NCBI GenBank assembly: GCA_031289145.1
Contig: JAITQA010000146.1
Location: 14,072-78,071 of the forward strand
Reading direction: 5' to 3'
DNA from: Dysgonamonadaceae bacterium
Lineage (GTDB): Bacteria; Bacteroidota; Bacteroidia; Bacteroidales; Azobacteroidaceae
Length of the DNA stretch: 64,000 bases
Shown here: positions 11,101 to 20,465 of the stretch, one piece after another
How positions within the stretch are numbered: position 1 is the stretch's first letter
Layout: each line of letters opens with the position of its first letter
Program-made: the position numbers and the translations under genes
The notes under the pieces: model-generated
Seen by the model: only the letters and a program-made list of their open reading frames with translations
Databases searched by the model: none
Told to the model about the DNA's origin: nothing

Positions 11101-11553
11101 CAATTTTCCCTGTAGCGCCTGCAAGGCGTTGGCAACCGGCGCCGAAGCGATTTCTTTGCCACTTACAGAGGCCACAGAGCCGGTCAGGTCACGTCTTTTC
11201 ATCGTCCCGTAACCCACTACAACCACTTCGTCCAATGCCTGCATATCTTCTTTCATCACTACGCTGAGATCACCTTGGTTCCCTACTTTTATTTCCTGGG
11301 CGACATATCCTATAAAAGAAAATACCAGCGTCGAATTTTCATTAAGACCCGAAATACTGAATTTTCCATCAATAGCAGATATAGCGCCGTTTGTCGGAAC
11401 GCTTTTTTCTTTTATGTTTACGCCGACCATCGCTTCCCCGCCAATATCCGTAATCACACCGGAAACCGTATAATTCTGGGCAAAAGAAGACAAGTAGATC
11501 GCACTCATAAACAGCAGTACAATTGTTCTTTTAAATAGTTTTTTCAAATCCAT
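8182..11553 (-). CDS. susC: SusC/RagA TonB-dependent transporter (pair 2)
   Basis: [74 protein letters not shown] (C-terminal Phe). Confidence 0.95.
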   Translation of the reverse strand: [1123 protein letters not shown]

Positions 11554-11597
11554 AATTTTTTATTGTTATAATATTTATTTAGTAAACAAGACTTTTT

Positions 11598-11945
11598 TTA
11601 TTTGTCGGAAAGAAAATCAGCTCTCACAGGACTGAATGTATCAATCAGCACACCAGCCTCAAGACATACGCAACCATGCAAGACATCGGGTTCGACATAA
11701 TAACCGTCGCCCGGTTTCAAAATCAGCTTCTCATCACCGATGGTTAGTTCAAATACACCGGCAGCAACATAAGATGCCTGAGAATGATAATGTGCATGTA
11801 TTGAGCCGATGGCTCCTTTCTGAAACTCAACCTTGACCAACATCAGTTGGCCGTCATAAGCCATGACTTGTCGGCGGACGCCTTCGCCCGCCGGTTCCCA
11901 TGGTATTTCAGATGCGATCTGAAAAGTTTTACTTCGTGTTTTCAT
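11598..11945 (-). CDS. kdgF: Cupin, KdgF-like uronate ring-opening protein
   Basis: WEPAGEGVRRQVMAYDGQLMLVKVEF, HAHYHSQASYVAAGVFE, HGCVCLEAGVLIDTFSPVRADFL; pectin PUL context. Start moved to ATG 11945 (2 nt after the upstream stop). Confidence 0.8.
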   Translation of the reverse strand: MKTRSKTFQIASEIPWEPAGEGVRRQVMAYDGQLMLVKVEFQKGAIGSIHAHYHSQASYVAAGVFELTIGDEKLILKPGDGYYVEPDVLHGCVCLEAGVLIDTFSPVRADFLSDK

Positions 11946-11947
11946 AT

Positions 11948-13519
11948 TTACCACCATCTCGGATCTCCGGCAATGCCGATCAAATCCACATTAGAAAGGG
12001 TAAAATCACCGTTAGCAGCATCCTTAAATCCCGGATTGGCCTCTGTTGCAGCACATGTCGTTGCCGGAAAGGCCGCCGTCCACAAATTCTTACAATTGTA
12101 ATAATAATTTTTCGCAAAAACAGGTGTAATAGAAGCCAACAGATAATTGGCTTGGCGGATAAAATTACCGGAACCGGTATTTGCCACAGGGTCGGTTGTA
12201 GGACCTGTTTCCACCATGATACAATTACTTACGCTGAATGACGTGGATTTAGGCGCCCTGAAAAATCCGGTGTTATTGCTGTTATCAACCGTGCAAATCT
12301 TGTAGAATGTACAGTTTTTAACCGATACGGTAGCGTTGCCATTATCATTTTGAAGGCGAACGAAAGCACGGAAACTGTTGCTGAATGTAGAATTTTCAAT
12401 GGTCAATGAAGCAAGGGTTGAACCGGCACGAAAATCAATGCCATCTCCCCCACCCGCTCCCACGGGATTCATATTATTGAAGATGCAAGCTTTAATGGTA
12501 ATATCGCCAAAAACAGAAGCATTGCCATAAATAAAATGAGTAGCATAATCATGTATGTTACAATTGGTAACAGAAAGATCACCTAAGTTACATCCGGCTT
12601 TTGCTTCCAAGAAATTGCTACCTGTCGCTGCTCCATCAATATTCAAGTCTTTTAAAGAAAGTGAAGCTACTGTTACACTACAAACGAATCGTCCGCTGAT
12701 TATCGGCTTGTTGCTGGGCAAGTAGCCGGAAAGGCTAAGCGATTTAGTAAGTTCATACTCTCCAAGTGCATATTCACCGGGGAAGATAACAAAGGATGCG
12801 CCCTCTGCAGCAGCGTCCAAAATGGCTTTCAAATCATCTCCCGGATTGATTGCTACGGCTCCACCCAAATCAATCAGGGTGGTAAAAGTCACCGTTCCTC
12901 GCGTTTTCTGGCCGTTCATTAATTTGGCCGTATAGGCCGTTTCAGCGGTCAAACCGGTAATGACAGCTGCGCCTGCAGCTATTTCGGAAGCCGTTACGGC
13001 ATGGTTGATGTCGCCTGGCGTCAAGCGTATTTCGGTTGCCGTTTCTCCGGCAGGCCAACGCAAAGTAACTTGTGTTGCCTGAATTTCTTCAGGATCAACC
13101 GCTTTAAATATTTGTTCGGCGCCTGTTTTAAAAGTAACACTTGTCCATTTTGAGGGATTAATATCACTCCCAACGGCTTGTACCCGTACCGAATAATCCG
13201 TTTCACCTTCAAATCCGGGAACAGTATAAGGAACTTCCGCAAAACTCACTCCTGTGACGGATTTTACCGGCGATCCCGAAAAATCCTGATTCCCATTGGC
13301 AAAAAATTCTATATTGTAGCTTTTTGCTTTACTCGTTTCACCCCATGTGAGACGAACCGAAGTCTGATTCAGAATCCGCGCTTCCAAGTTCAAAGGCGAG
13401 AAAAGACGATCGGCATCAATAGAAGTCATAAGCGGATCAATATCATCGGAGCATCTTGTGCAGAAAGCGACCGCAACAATACTCAAAATAACTGCAATTT
13501 GTTTTATTAATTTATTCAT
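11948..13519 (-). CDS. Surface glycan-binding lipoprotein, FN3 domains plus beta-helix (DUF4957/DUF5123-like)
   Basis: Lipobox FCTRC-SDDID with acidic export signal; two FN3-like repeats (LTWGETSKAKSYNIE, ETDYSVRVQAV, ETAYTAKL); C-terminal NPGFKDAANGDFTL...AGDPRWW; follows susD. Confidence 0.8.
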   Translation of the reverse strand: MNKLIKQIAVILSIVAVAFCTRCSDDIDPLMTSIDADRLFSPLNLEARILNQTSVRLTWGETSKAKSYNIEFFANGNQDFSGSPVKSVTGVSFAEVPYTVPGFEGETDYSVRVQAVGSDINPSKWTSVTFKTGAEQIFKAVDPEEIQATQVTLRWPAGETATEIRLTPGDINHAVTASEIAAGAAVITGLTAETAYTAKLMNGQKTRGTVTFTTLIDLGGAVAINPGDDLKAILDAAAEGASFVIFPGEYALGEYELTKSLSLSGYLPSNKPIISGRFVCSVTVASLSLKDLNIDGAATGSNFLEAKAGCNLGDLSVTNCNIHDYATHFIYGNASVFGDITIKACIFNNMNPVGAGGGDGIDFRAGSTLASLTIENSTFSNSFRAFVRLQNDNGNATVSVKNCTFYKICTVDNSNNTGFFRAPKSTSFSVSNCIMVETGPTTDPVANTGSGNFIRQANYLLASITPVFAKNYYYNCKNLWTAAFPATTCAATEANPGFKDAANGDFTLSNVDLIGIAGDPRWW

Positions 13520-13534
13520 GGTTTCCTACTTTAA

Positions 13535-13562
13535 TAATTCATAATTCATAATTAATAATTAA
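13535..13562. repeat. Heptamer tandem repeat TAATT(C/A)A x4
   Basis: taattca taattca taattaa taattaa, read directly; overlaps the susD stop and fills the susD-SGBP spacer. Confidence 0.85.
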
Positions 13563-15352
13563 TTAGTTGGCGTACTATAACCATCATTATTCAACGATCC
13601 ATTGCTGGTATCCAAGAATATCTGCCAGATAGGCCAAAATTGTTGTGCATCCGGATTGCGAACGTACAAAGCATCCCAGTAGGTAACTCTATCATCGGAA
13701 GCCGATAATTTCCACGTTTTTTGAGATTCATAGCCCAAGGCTGTGCCTGCTGCATCCGTATCGCCGTGATTCAGGCCATAGATAAGCACATTTTCGCCCT
13801 CATTTTTGTAGTAAATATTCAGGGGCAGGTCTGCATATTCGCCTGTCCGGTTTTCGAGTCTTTGTAGTTTTTCTTTGGCCTCATTGAGTTTCGTTCCGAG
13901 CAGATTCCAGCGGATAAGGTCGCCTTTCCGCAACATTTCGCCTGTAAATTCGAGTGCACGTTCATCCACGATGGCATTGAAAAAAGTGGTTTTGCTTTGT
14001 GTTGCCTGCGCCATAAAAGCATTCACTTTTGCGGGATGATTCGGGAAAGCTCTGTCACGGATCATTTTCAGATAAGGCGCAGCGGCGGCGGGGCCATCAA
14101 GTTCGTTGATGGCTTCGGCTGCCATCAAGACAACATCGGCATAACGCATATACAGCCAGTTCAATCCGTCATCGTTGGTAGAAGTCACCAGGCGGGGCAA
14201 CCACTCGTAACGGTATTTACCAAAATACCATTTATTCAGATTGGTAGGCACCTGAACGCCATCCGTCCATTCATAAGGCACACAAGTTACATCACGGCGG
14301 GCATCATCCACATCATAAGCATAGTATATAATGGGATTAGGCCCGTTGGTACCGCCCTTGTTCTGTTGGGTATATTTATCGACAGTGGTATGCTTTACGC
14401 CTAAGTCAAAAATAACGCGGCCACGGCCTTCACTAAACGGAATTTCCCAAAGGGACTCCAAACCGGTCAGGCATTTTTCCTGACAGAGTGACTTGAATAC
14501 GTCTTCAAATGCTTGTAACTGGCAGGCGCCGCTATTGATAATATCCAAACATTCCTGTTTGGCAATGGCATACATTTTTTCCGGAGCCAAATCAGGGTCA
14601 TTACTGCGGCGTACTGTTCCGTCGGCACGTTGCGAATAACCTCCGGCAGCAAGCGCCAAGCGGGCGCGAAGGCCTTTCACAAAGGCTTTATTGATTCGTT
14701 CTGTGGATTGAGTTACGGTCGTTTCATTCGGCCATGCAACCAATCCGGAAGCCTCTTCCAAATCGGCAAGTAACTGTTTGTAAACCACATCACGATCGCT
14801 TTTCGGAAGATAAATGGTTTCCGTATTAATCGGCTCAAAACGGGCAGGCACATCGCCCCAAGCTTTCACTAAGTCGTTGTAAACAACCGCCCGAAGCGTA
14901 AGCATTTCTCCCAATATCTGGGCTAATTCTTTATTACTTTCGACATTTCCGTAGGTGCGTAATCCTCTGATAGCCAGATTGGCACGCTCGATACCTTCAT
15001 AAAATTTCGCCCACGCATTGTTGTCGGTATTCATTTGGCTATTGGAAACATTGGTGTTGTAATTTGCCAAACGAGATTTATCATCTGTTGTACTTTTCAA
15101 AGATATGATTACTTCACAGTCTGTATTGATGCCGTAATAAACCAAGTAACGTCCTCTATACGAGTTTGTTTCACAAAACGATTGAATTACGCCGGCAATA
15201 GCGCCTTCCGCCAAACTGGGTGTTGAGAAGATAACCGATTCATCCATGGTTGATTTTGTCGGTGCATCTAAATAATCATCGCAGGAAATTGTTGTTCCCA
15301 ACAAACAAGCGATTGCCATAAAGCTAAATATTATTTTTTTAATTGTTTGCAT
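13559..15352 (-). CDS. susD: SusD/RagB family lipoprotein (pair 1)
   Basis: Lipobox TTISC-DDYLD; GEMLTLRAVVYNDLVKAWGDVP, YMRYADVVLMAAEA, ERALEFTGEMLRKGDLIRW. Confidence 0.92.
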   Translation of the reverse strand: MQTIKKIIFSFMAIACLLGTTISCDDYLDAPTKSTMDESVIFSTPSLAEGAIAGVIQSFCETNSYRGRYLVYYGINTDCEVIISLKSTTDDKSRLANYNTNVSNSQMNTDNNAWAKFYEGIERANLAIRGLRTYGNVESNKELAQILGEMLTLRAVVYNDLVKAWGDVPARFEPINTETIYLPKSDRDVVYKQLLADLEEASGLVAWPNETTVTQSTERINKAFVKGLRARLALAAGGYSQRADGTVRRSNDPDLAPEKMYAIAKQECLDIINSGACQLQAFEDVFKSLCQEKCLTGLESLWEIPFSEGRGRVIFDLGVKHTTVDKYTQQNKGGTNGPNPIIYYAYDVDDARRDVTCVPYEWTDGVQVPTNLNKWYFGKYRYEWLPRLVTSTNDDGLNWLYMRYADVVLMAAEAINELDGPAAAAPYLKMIRDRAFPNHPAKVNAFMAQATQSKTTFFNAIVDERALEFTGEMLRKGDLIRWNLLGTKLNEAKEKLQRLENRTGEYADLPLNIYYKNEGENVLIYGLNHGDTDAAGTALGYESQKTWKLSASDDRVTYWDALYVRNPDAQQFWPIWQIFLDTSNGSLNNDGYSTPTN

Positions 15353-15368
15353 ATTTTTTCGTATTAAA

Positions 15369-18300
15369 TTAAAAAGTTAAGTTCAATCCAAGTACTATCG
15401 AACGGCTTCTGGGATAAGCCGAGTAATCTACTCCCGGAGTCAACGCGGTTTTACGAAGCGTAGAAACTTCAGGATCGAAACCGCTGTAATTCGTCCAACA
15501 GAAGACATTGTATCCGGTTACATAAAACCGGCAGGTTTTTATCAAAGCTTTCTTTGTCAGTTCCGATGGAAAAATATAACCCAAAGTCAAAGTGCTCAGA
15601 CGCAAGAAAGAGCCGTCTTCCACCGCCCAATCGGTAAAAGTGAAAGCCCGCATGTAAGGCGACCAAAGCGTAGTATTACGGTTCATTTCCGCTAATTGTA
15701 CAGGGTCGTTACAGATAGTGCCATCCGGAAGCAGGTTGTTCCACCGTTCTCCTGTAGCCATTGTAGCAATCATATTCCGTGAATGGTATTTGCTGGTGGT
15801 AGTATATTCTATTTTGTTTGCATTATAAATATCGTTCCCATAGCTCCAGTTAAAATTGGCGGATAAATCAAAACCATACAAACGGCTGTTTACCGTGAAG
15901 CCGCCCGTATGTAAGGGATTAGCATCTCCGATAATTACCTTGTCTTCTTCGTTAACCAAGAGGTCGCCTTCCGTCTGATTGGACAATTTCATCGTACCGG
16001 GACGGAGGGTTCCGACAACCGGTGAACTATCCACCACGCCATCTTTCAAAATCCAGGTTCCTTTTGCTGCATCATATCCTGCAAAATCCGATACTTCATA
16101 ACGTCCGGCGCTTTTATAACCAAACATCCTGCCAACAGATCCGCCGGTAGCTATCCAGTAATCGGTTCCGATTTCCGTAGATGCCCAGCCCGATGACCCT
16201 GTAAAATTATCCATTAAGCCCAGTGATTTAATTTCGTTTTTATTAAATCCGATATTGCCGCTAAAATTCAATCCGAAATTTTTCTTGTCGGCAATTACAT
16301 AATTTAACGTAAATTCTACCCCTTTGTTCTGGGTTTCTCCCATGTTGCGGTATTGGTTGTCATAACCTGTTCCGGGGGTAGGAAACTGTATCAACAAATC
16401 TTTGGTATTGTTTTGGTATAATTCGACAGAACCGCTCAAACGCCCGTTAAGCGTAGTTATATCCAAACCCAGGTTGCGAGTAACGGTTGTTTCCCATTTC
16501 AAATCAGGATTGGCCATCGTTTTAGAGGCTGCCCAATAACTGCCAAAGCCGTTTACCCACGATGTGCTTGATGAGGAATAAGTTTGCGCCATTTGTCCGG
16601 AAGGAATTTTATTATTTCCGGCAGTCCCGTAACTGGCACGCAATTTCAAGTCGGTAAGCCAACTCCGGCTACCCTCCATAAAAGATTCGGAAGAGATACG
16701 CCAAGCGCCGGATACGGAGGGAAAATAGCCCCATTTGTTACCTTCGGAAAACTTGGAAGAACCGTCGGCGCGATAGGTTGCGCTCAACAAATATTTACTT
16801 TGGTAATCGTAATTGATACGACCGAAGAAAGAAATTAATTTATCGTCCGGTTTAAATTGATTATCAATGGAGTAAGGATGTCCTTGCGTCGAAAGCCTGG
16901 AAGCGTCTTCAAAAGTAAAACTACTTGGAAAACCATGTACGGTTGATTTGAGTTCTTCTTCATACGTGAAAATAGTTTCTTGCCCAAGCAAAAAATTCAA
17001 TTTATGATTATCGGAAAGAAGTTTTTTAAAATCATAATTCAAGGTATTTGTATTCCGATACGATTTACGGGAAAGTTTGGATAAAACAATAGCCGGAAGC
17101 CCTTGATCTCCTCCTGCCGGCACATTTTTTACATAATACGTGGTCTGCCCATAAAAGCGGTCATCCGCCAAACGATAATCATCCAAGCCGACTTCGGTTC
17201 TTAAACGTAAATTATCTATTACTTCCCAGGTAATACCTCCGGCTAAGTTAAAAGTAGTTCTTACCTGTTTCCTGTCGTTATCAGAAATCGTAACCAATGG
17301 ATCGTACAGGTTAAATTCCTGATCGGTATTTCCCTCATCAGTCAAACCGCTTACCGGAATCGGAGGAAAAATCATGGCATATTTTAAACGGTAATCAGCC
17401 GAAGATACGGTATTTTGTTCATTCATTCCACTCCCGTTAATCGCCGTATTTGAGTAACGCACGGAAAAATCAATTTTTACATCCTTATGGGGCGTATTGT
17501 TTAATTTCAAGCTCAGGTTGTCGCGTTTGAAATCGGAGCCTTGCATAATCGCTTTATCATTGATATGATTATAACTGAAAGCGTATTGCGTTTTTTCACC
17601 TCCACCGTTGATGCTGAGATTATGGTTGAAGGTAGATCCTATGCGCCCGAAAACCTGCTCTTGCCAATTATTACCTGTTATATTGTCATAAATATCTATA
17701 TCCTGATAATTACCGAAAAACCGCGCATAAGCATCCGGTTTATTGTCGGCAAGCATTGCCCTTTCATACTGCCAATGCACATAATCGGAAGGTGTCAAAG
17801 TTTCCAAGGTGTTGGCAATTTTCTTCCAACTATAGTAAGCATTATAACTGACAGTAGTTTTTCCTTCTTTCCCACTTTTAGTAGTTACAATAACTACCCC
17901 GTTCGCACCACGGGATCCATAGATTGCTGTGGATGAAGCGTCTTTCAAAACATCTATCGATTCGATATCTCCCGGTGGAATATCGGATATAGATTGAACC
18001 GGAAAACCATCCACAATAAACAAAGGCATATTGTCGCCTGTAATAGAGCCTCCTCCACGTACCCGAATTTTAATTTCGGCATCCGGAGAGCCTTCTGTGG
18101 TAGTGACCTGCACACCGGCTAATTTACCGGTTATCGCTTCAGCCGCAGAAGAAACCGGTATCGCCGCTAAGGCCGACCCACTCACCGAACCTACCGAACC
18201 CAGCAAGTCTTTTCTTTTTGCCGTTCCATAACCAATCACAACGATTTCTTCCAGCATACTTAAATCTTCTTTTAAAGTAATAGCGAATGTCGTTTTATCA

Positions 18301-18575
18301 ATAGGTAATTCCTGCGTGATAAATCCGAGATAGGAAATAATCAAAATTTTGCCGACCTCCGGAACAGCCAAAGTAAATTTACCATCTATATCTGTTGACG
18401 TTCCAACAGATGCAATTCCTTTCACATGAACATTGGCTCCGATAATCGGCTCTCCCGAAAGATCCGACACAAGCCCCGAAACAGTTTTTTGTTGCGCACT
18501 GACAGTTGCCGAACAAAAAATGAACAATAGAAGAAATGCCATTAAGCAATGCACTCTTTTCATAATTCTTCGCAT
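15369..18575 (-). CDS. susC: SusC/RagA TonB-dependent transporter (pair 1)
   Basis: [64 protein letters not shown]. Confidence 0.95.
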   Translation of the reverse strand: [1068 protein letters not shown]

Positions 18576-18621
18576 AATAATCTTTTTTTATTATTAATAA
18601 TTTTTATATGTTAATACTCGC

Positions 18622-20265
18622 TTATATTCTTACTTTCAATACTTTATCTGAAAGACCGTTTTCACAGCCGATTTTCACAATATACACGCCTGACGGGAAA
18701 CCGGCCAACAAAACCGTTTCCGTATTTTTCTTCCTGTCCGCCGAATATACCTTCACTCCGACCAGATTATACAAGTCTATTCTCCGAATGGTTTGCACGG
18801 ATTCGATTCTCAATGTTTTAGCAGACGAATCGAAATAACAGTTTACCCCCGGATGATTTTCTGCAACAACCTTGATTCCCGCTACAATTCCGTCTTCATA
18901 TTCTCCACGGGTAATTTCAGCGACCAAACCATTCAGGTAAACTTCCAAATAAGTATAACCCTCTTCGTTCAAATCCGTAGCTATTTTGCCCGGATAATAC
19001 TGCGCTATCCAGCCATCGGGAATCCCGTCGTCATCGGCGTCCGGCGGAGCTGTCGTTGTATTGTAAGCCGGCCAACCACCTACATCCGCCTGCGTATCAA
19101 TCAATCCGTTCTTGCTTCCTTTGCTTCCCGTGTAAGTATAGATGCTGTCCGTTACTTCGCGGACAATGCGTGCATCAATAGCGTCCCTTACAAGCGATGC
19201 GCCTGCGTAAGCCAGCACTTTTTCGTATGCCTTTGCCGCACTGTACGTAGTAACTGCCGGAACAGCGAAAGGAACGGCAGACTTCAACTCATCCTTGCTT
19301 TTTGAAGCCGGATTAGGCGTAATCCCCTGCCAATTATCATGGGTAACGGCTAAGCTGCTGCTCATATAGTTCCCTTCTACATAAAATCGTCCCCACACAC
19401 CAATAGCCTGTGCATTTCCACCGGCATCGGCGTTTGGTTGGAAAATCCGGGTGCGGTTGGAAGACGCCGGCCCCGGCTTATAGTAATTATTGACAAAATT
19501 GTAACTGCCGCCTTCCCCGGCATAACCGCTGTTGGCGCCCCAGTTGTAAATCACATTGTTACGGAAATCCACCAATTCAAGGTCGGGACGATTGGAATAA
19601 CGGCTTCCGCACATCCGGGGATTCCGGCTGTCGTGATGCGCCAATAAGTTATGGTGAAAACTGGCCGTATGACCACCCCATATTCCGCCATAGCCATGTT
19701 GTCCTTTGCCATGTACCGAAATTCTCAGACTTTCGGAAAGGAGACACCATTGCAAGGTGAAATGGGTATTATCGTAAAAGGAGGCGCATTCGTCCGTACT
19801 CCAACTGATAGAACAATGGTCAATGACTATATTTTGCTGATTGCGTCCCCATGTAGCGTCGTCTTCCGTTTGTTTTTCATCACCCATCCGAAAACGAATG
19901 TAACGGATAATGACATTATTCGCACCTATATAAGTGGTATAGTTCTTGATACAAATTCCGTCTCCGGGCGCAGATTGTCCTGCAATGGTCAAATCTCCGT
20001 TGGAGATGGATAATCTGCTTTGTAATTCAATAATGCCCGAAACTTTAAAAAGGATAATCCGTGCGCCTTTTTGCCCCACAGCCCAACGCAACGTTCCTTC
20101 GGTGTTTGTATCTGCTAAAGAGGTGACATAGATAACTTTCCCGCCCCGTCCGCCGGTAGTGAACTTTCCGCCGCCTTCCGCTCCGGGAAATGCAGGCGTC
20201 TGCGCATGTAACAATGCCATTGCACAAAGCGAAAACCATGCGGTCAATAAAATTGTATTCTTCAT
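18622..20265 (-). CDS. Pectate lyase family PL1 with T9SS type-A C-terminal sorting domain
   Basis: [73 protein letters not shown]; C-terminus [11 protein letters not shown]...GVYIVKI...KVLKVRI matches a T9SS CTD; Sec signal with no lipobox. Confidence 0.9.
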   Translation of the reverse strand: MKNTILLTAWFSLCAMALLHAQTPAFPGAEGGGKFTTGGRGGKVIYVTSLADTNTEGTLRWAVGQKGARIILFKVSGIIELQSRLSISNGDLTIAGQSAPGDGICIKNYTTYIGANNVIIRYIRFRMGDEKQTEDDATWGRNQQNIVIDHCSISWSTDECASFYDNTHFTLQWCLLSESLRISVHGKGQHGYGGIWGGHTASFHHNLLAHHDSRNPRMCGSRYSNRPDLELVDFRNNVIYNWGANSGYAGEGGSYNFVNNYYKPGPASSNRTRIFQPNADAGGNAQAIGVWGRFYVEGNYMSSSLAVTHDNWQGITPNPASKSKDELKSAVPFAVPAVTTYSAAKAYEKVLAYAGASLVRDAIDARIVREVTDSIYTYTGSKGSKNGLIDTQADVGGWPAYNTTTAPPDADDDGIPDGWIAQYYPGKIATDLNEEGYTYLEVYLNGLVAEITRGEYEDGIVAGIKVVAENHPGVNCYFDSSAKTLRIESVQTIRRIDLYNLVGVKVYSADRKKNTETVLLAGFPSGVYIVKIGCENGLSDKVLKVRI

Positions 20266-20328
20266 TTTATTTTTCAGGTATTTTGAATTTCAGTACAATA
20301 TTAGTGCATATTTTCCAATCGGAAGGGA

Positions 20329-20359
20329 GATAAATCGTTTTTCAATGGGGGACAAATTG
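20329..20359. promoter_or_regulatory. Candidate HTCS operator: direct repeat GA(T/C)AAAT(C/T)G with 22-bp period
   Basis: GATAAATCG at 20329-20337 and GACAAATTG at 20351-20359, upstream of an imperfect minus-strand -7 box (TAATATTG, 20296-20303) for the PL1 operon. Confidence 0.45.
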
Positions 20360-20384
20360 ATTAAAAGTTGATAATTTTCTTTTT

Positions 20385-20419
20385 TTTGCCACTTTTCATA
20401 AATTTCCGCTATAAATTTG
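20385..20419 (+). promoter_or_regulatory. Bacteroidota sigmaA-type promoter for the HTCS
   Basis: TTTG 20385-20388 and TAAATTTG 20412-20419, upstream of ATG 20466. Confidence 0.55.
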
Positions 20420-20465
20420 CACACAACAAGCAAAATACCTAATTTTACTGTATCAAACAACGTAC

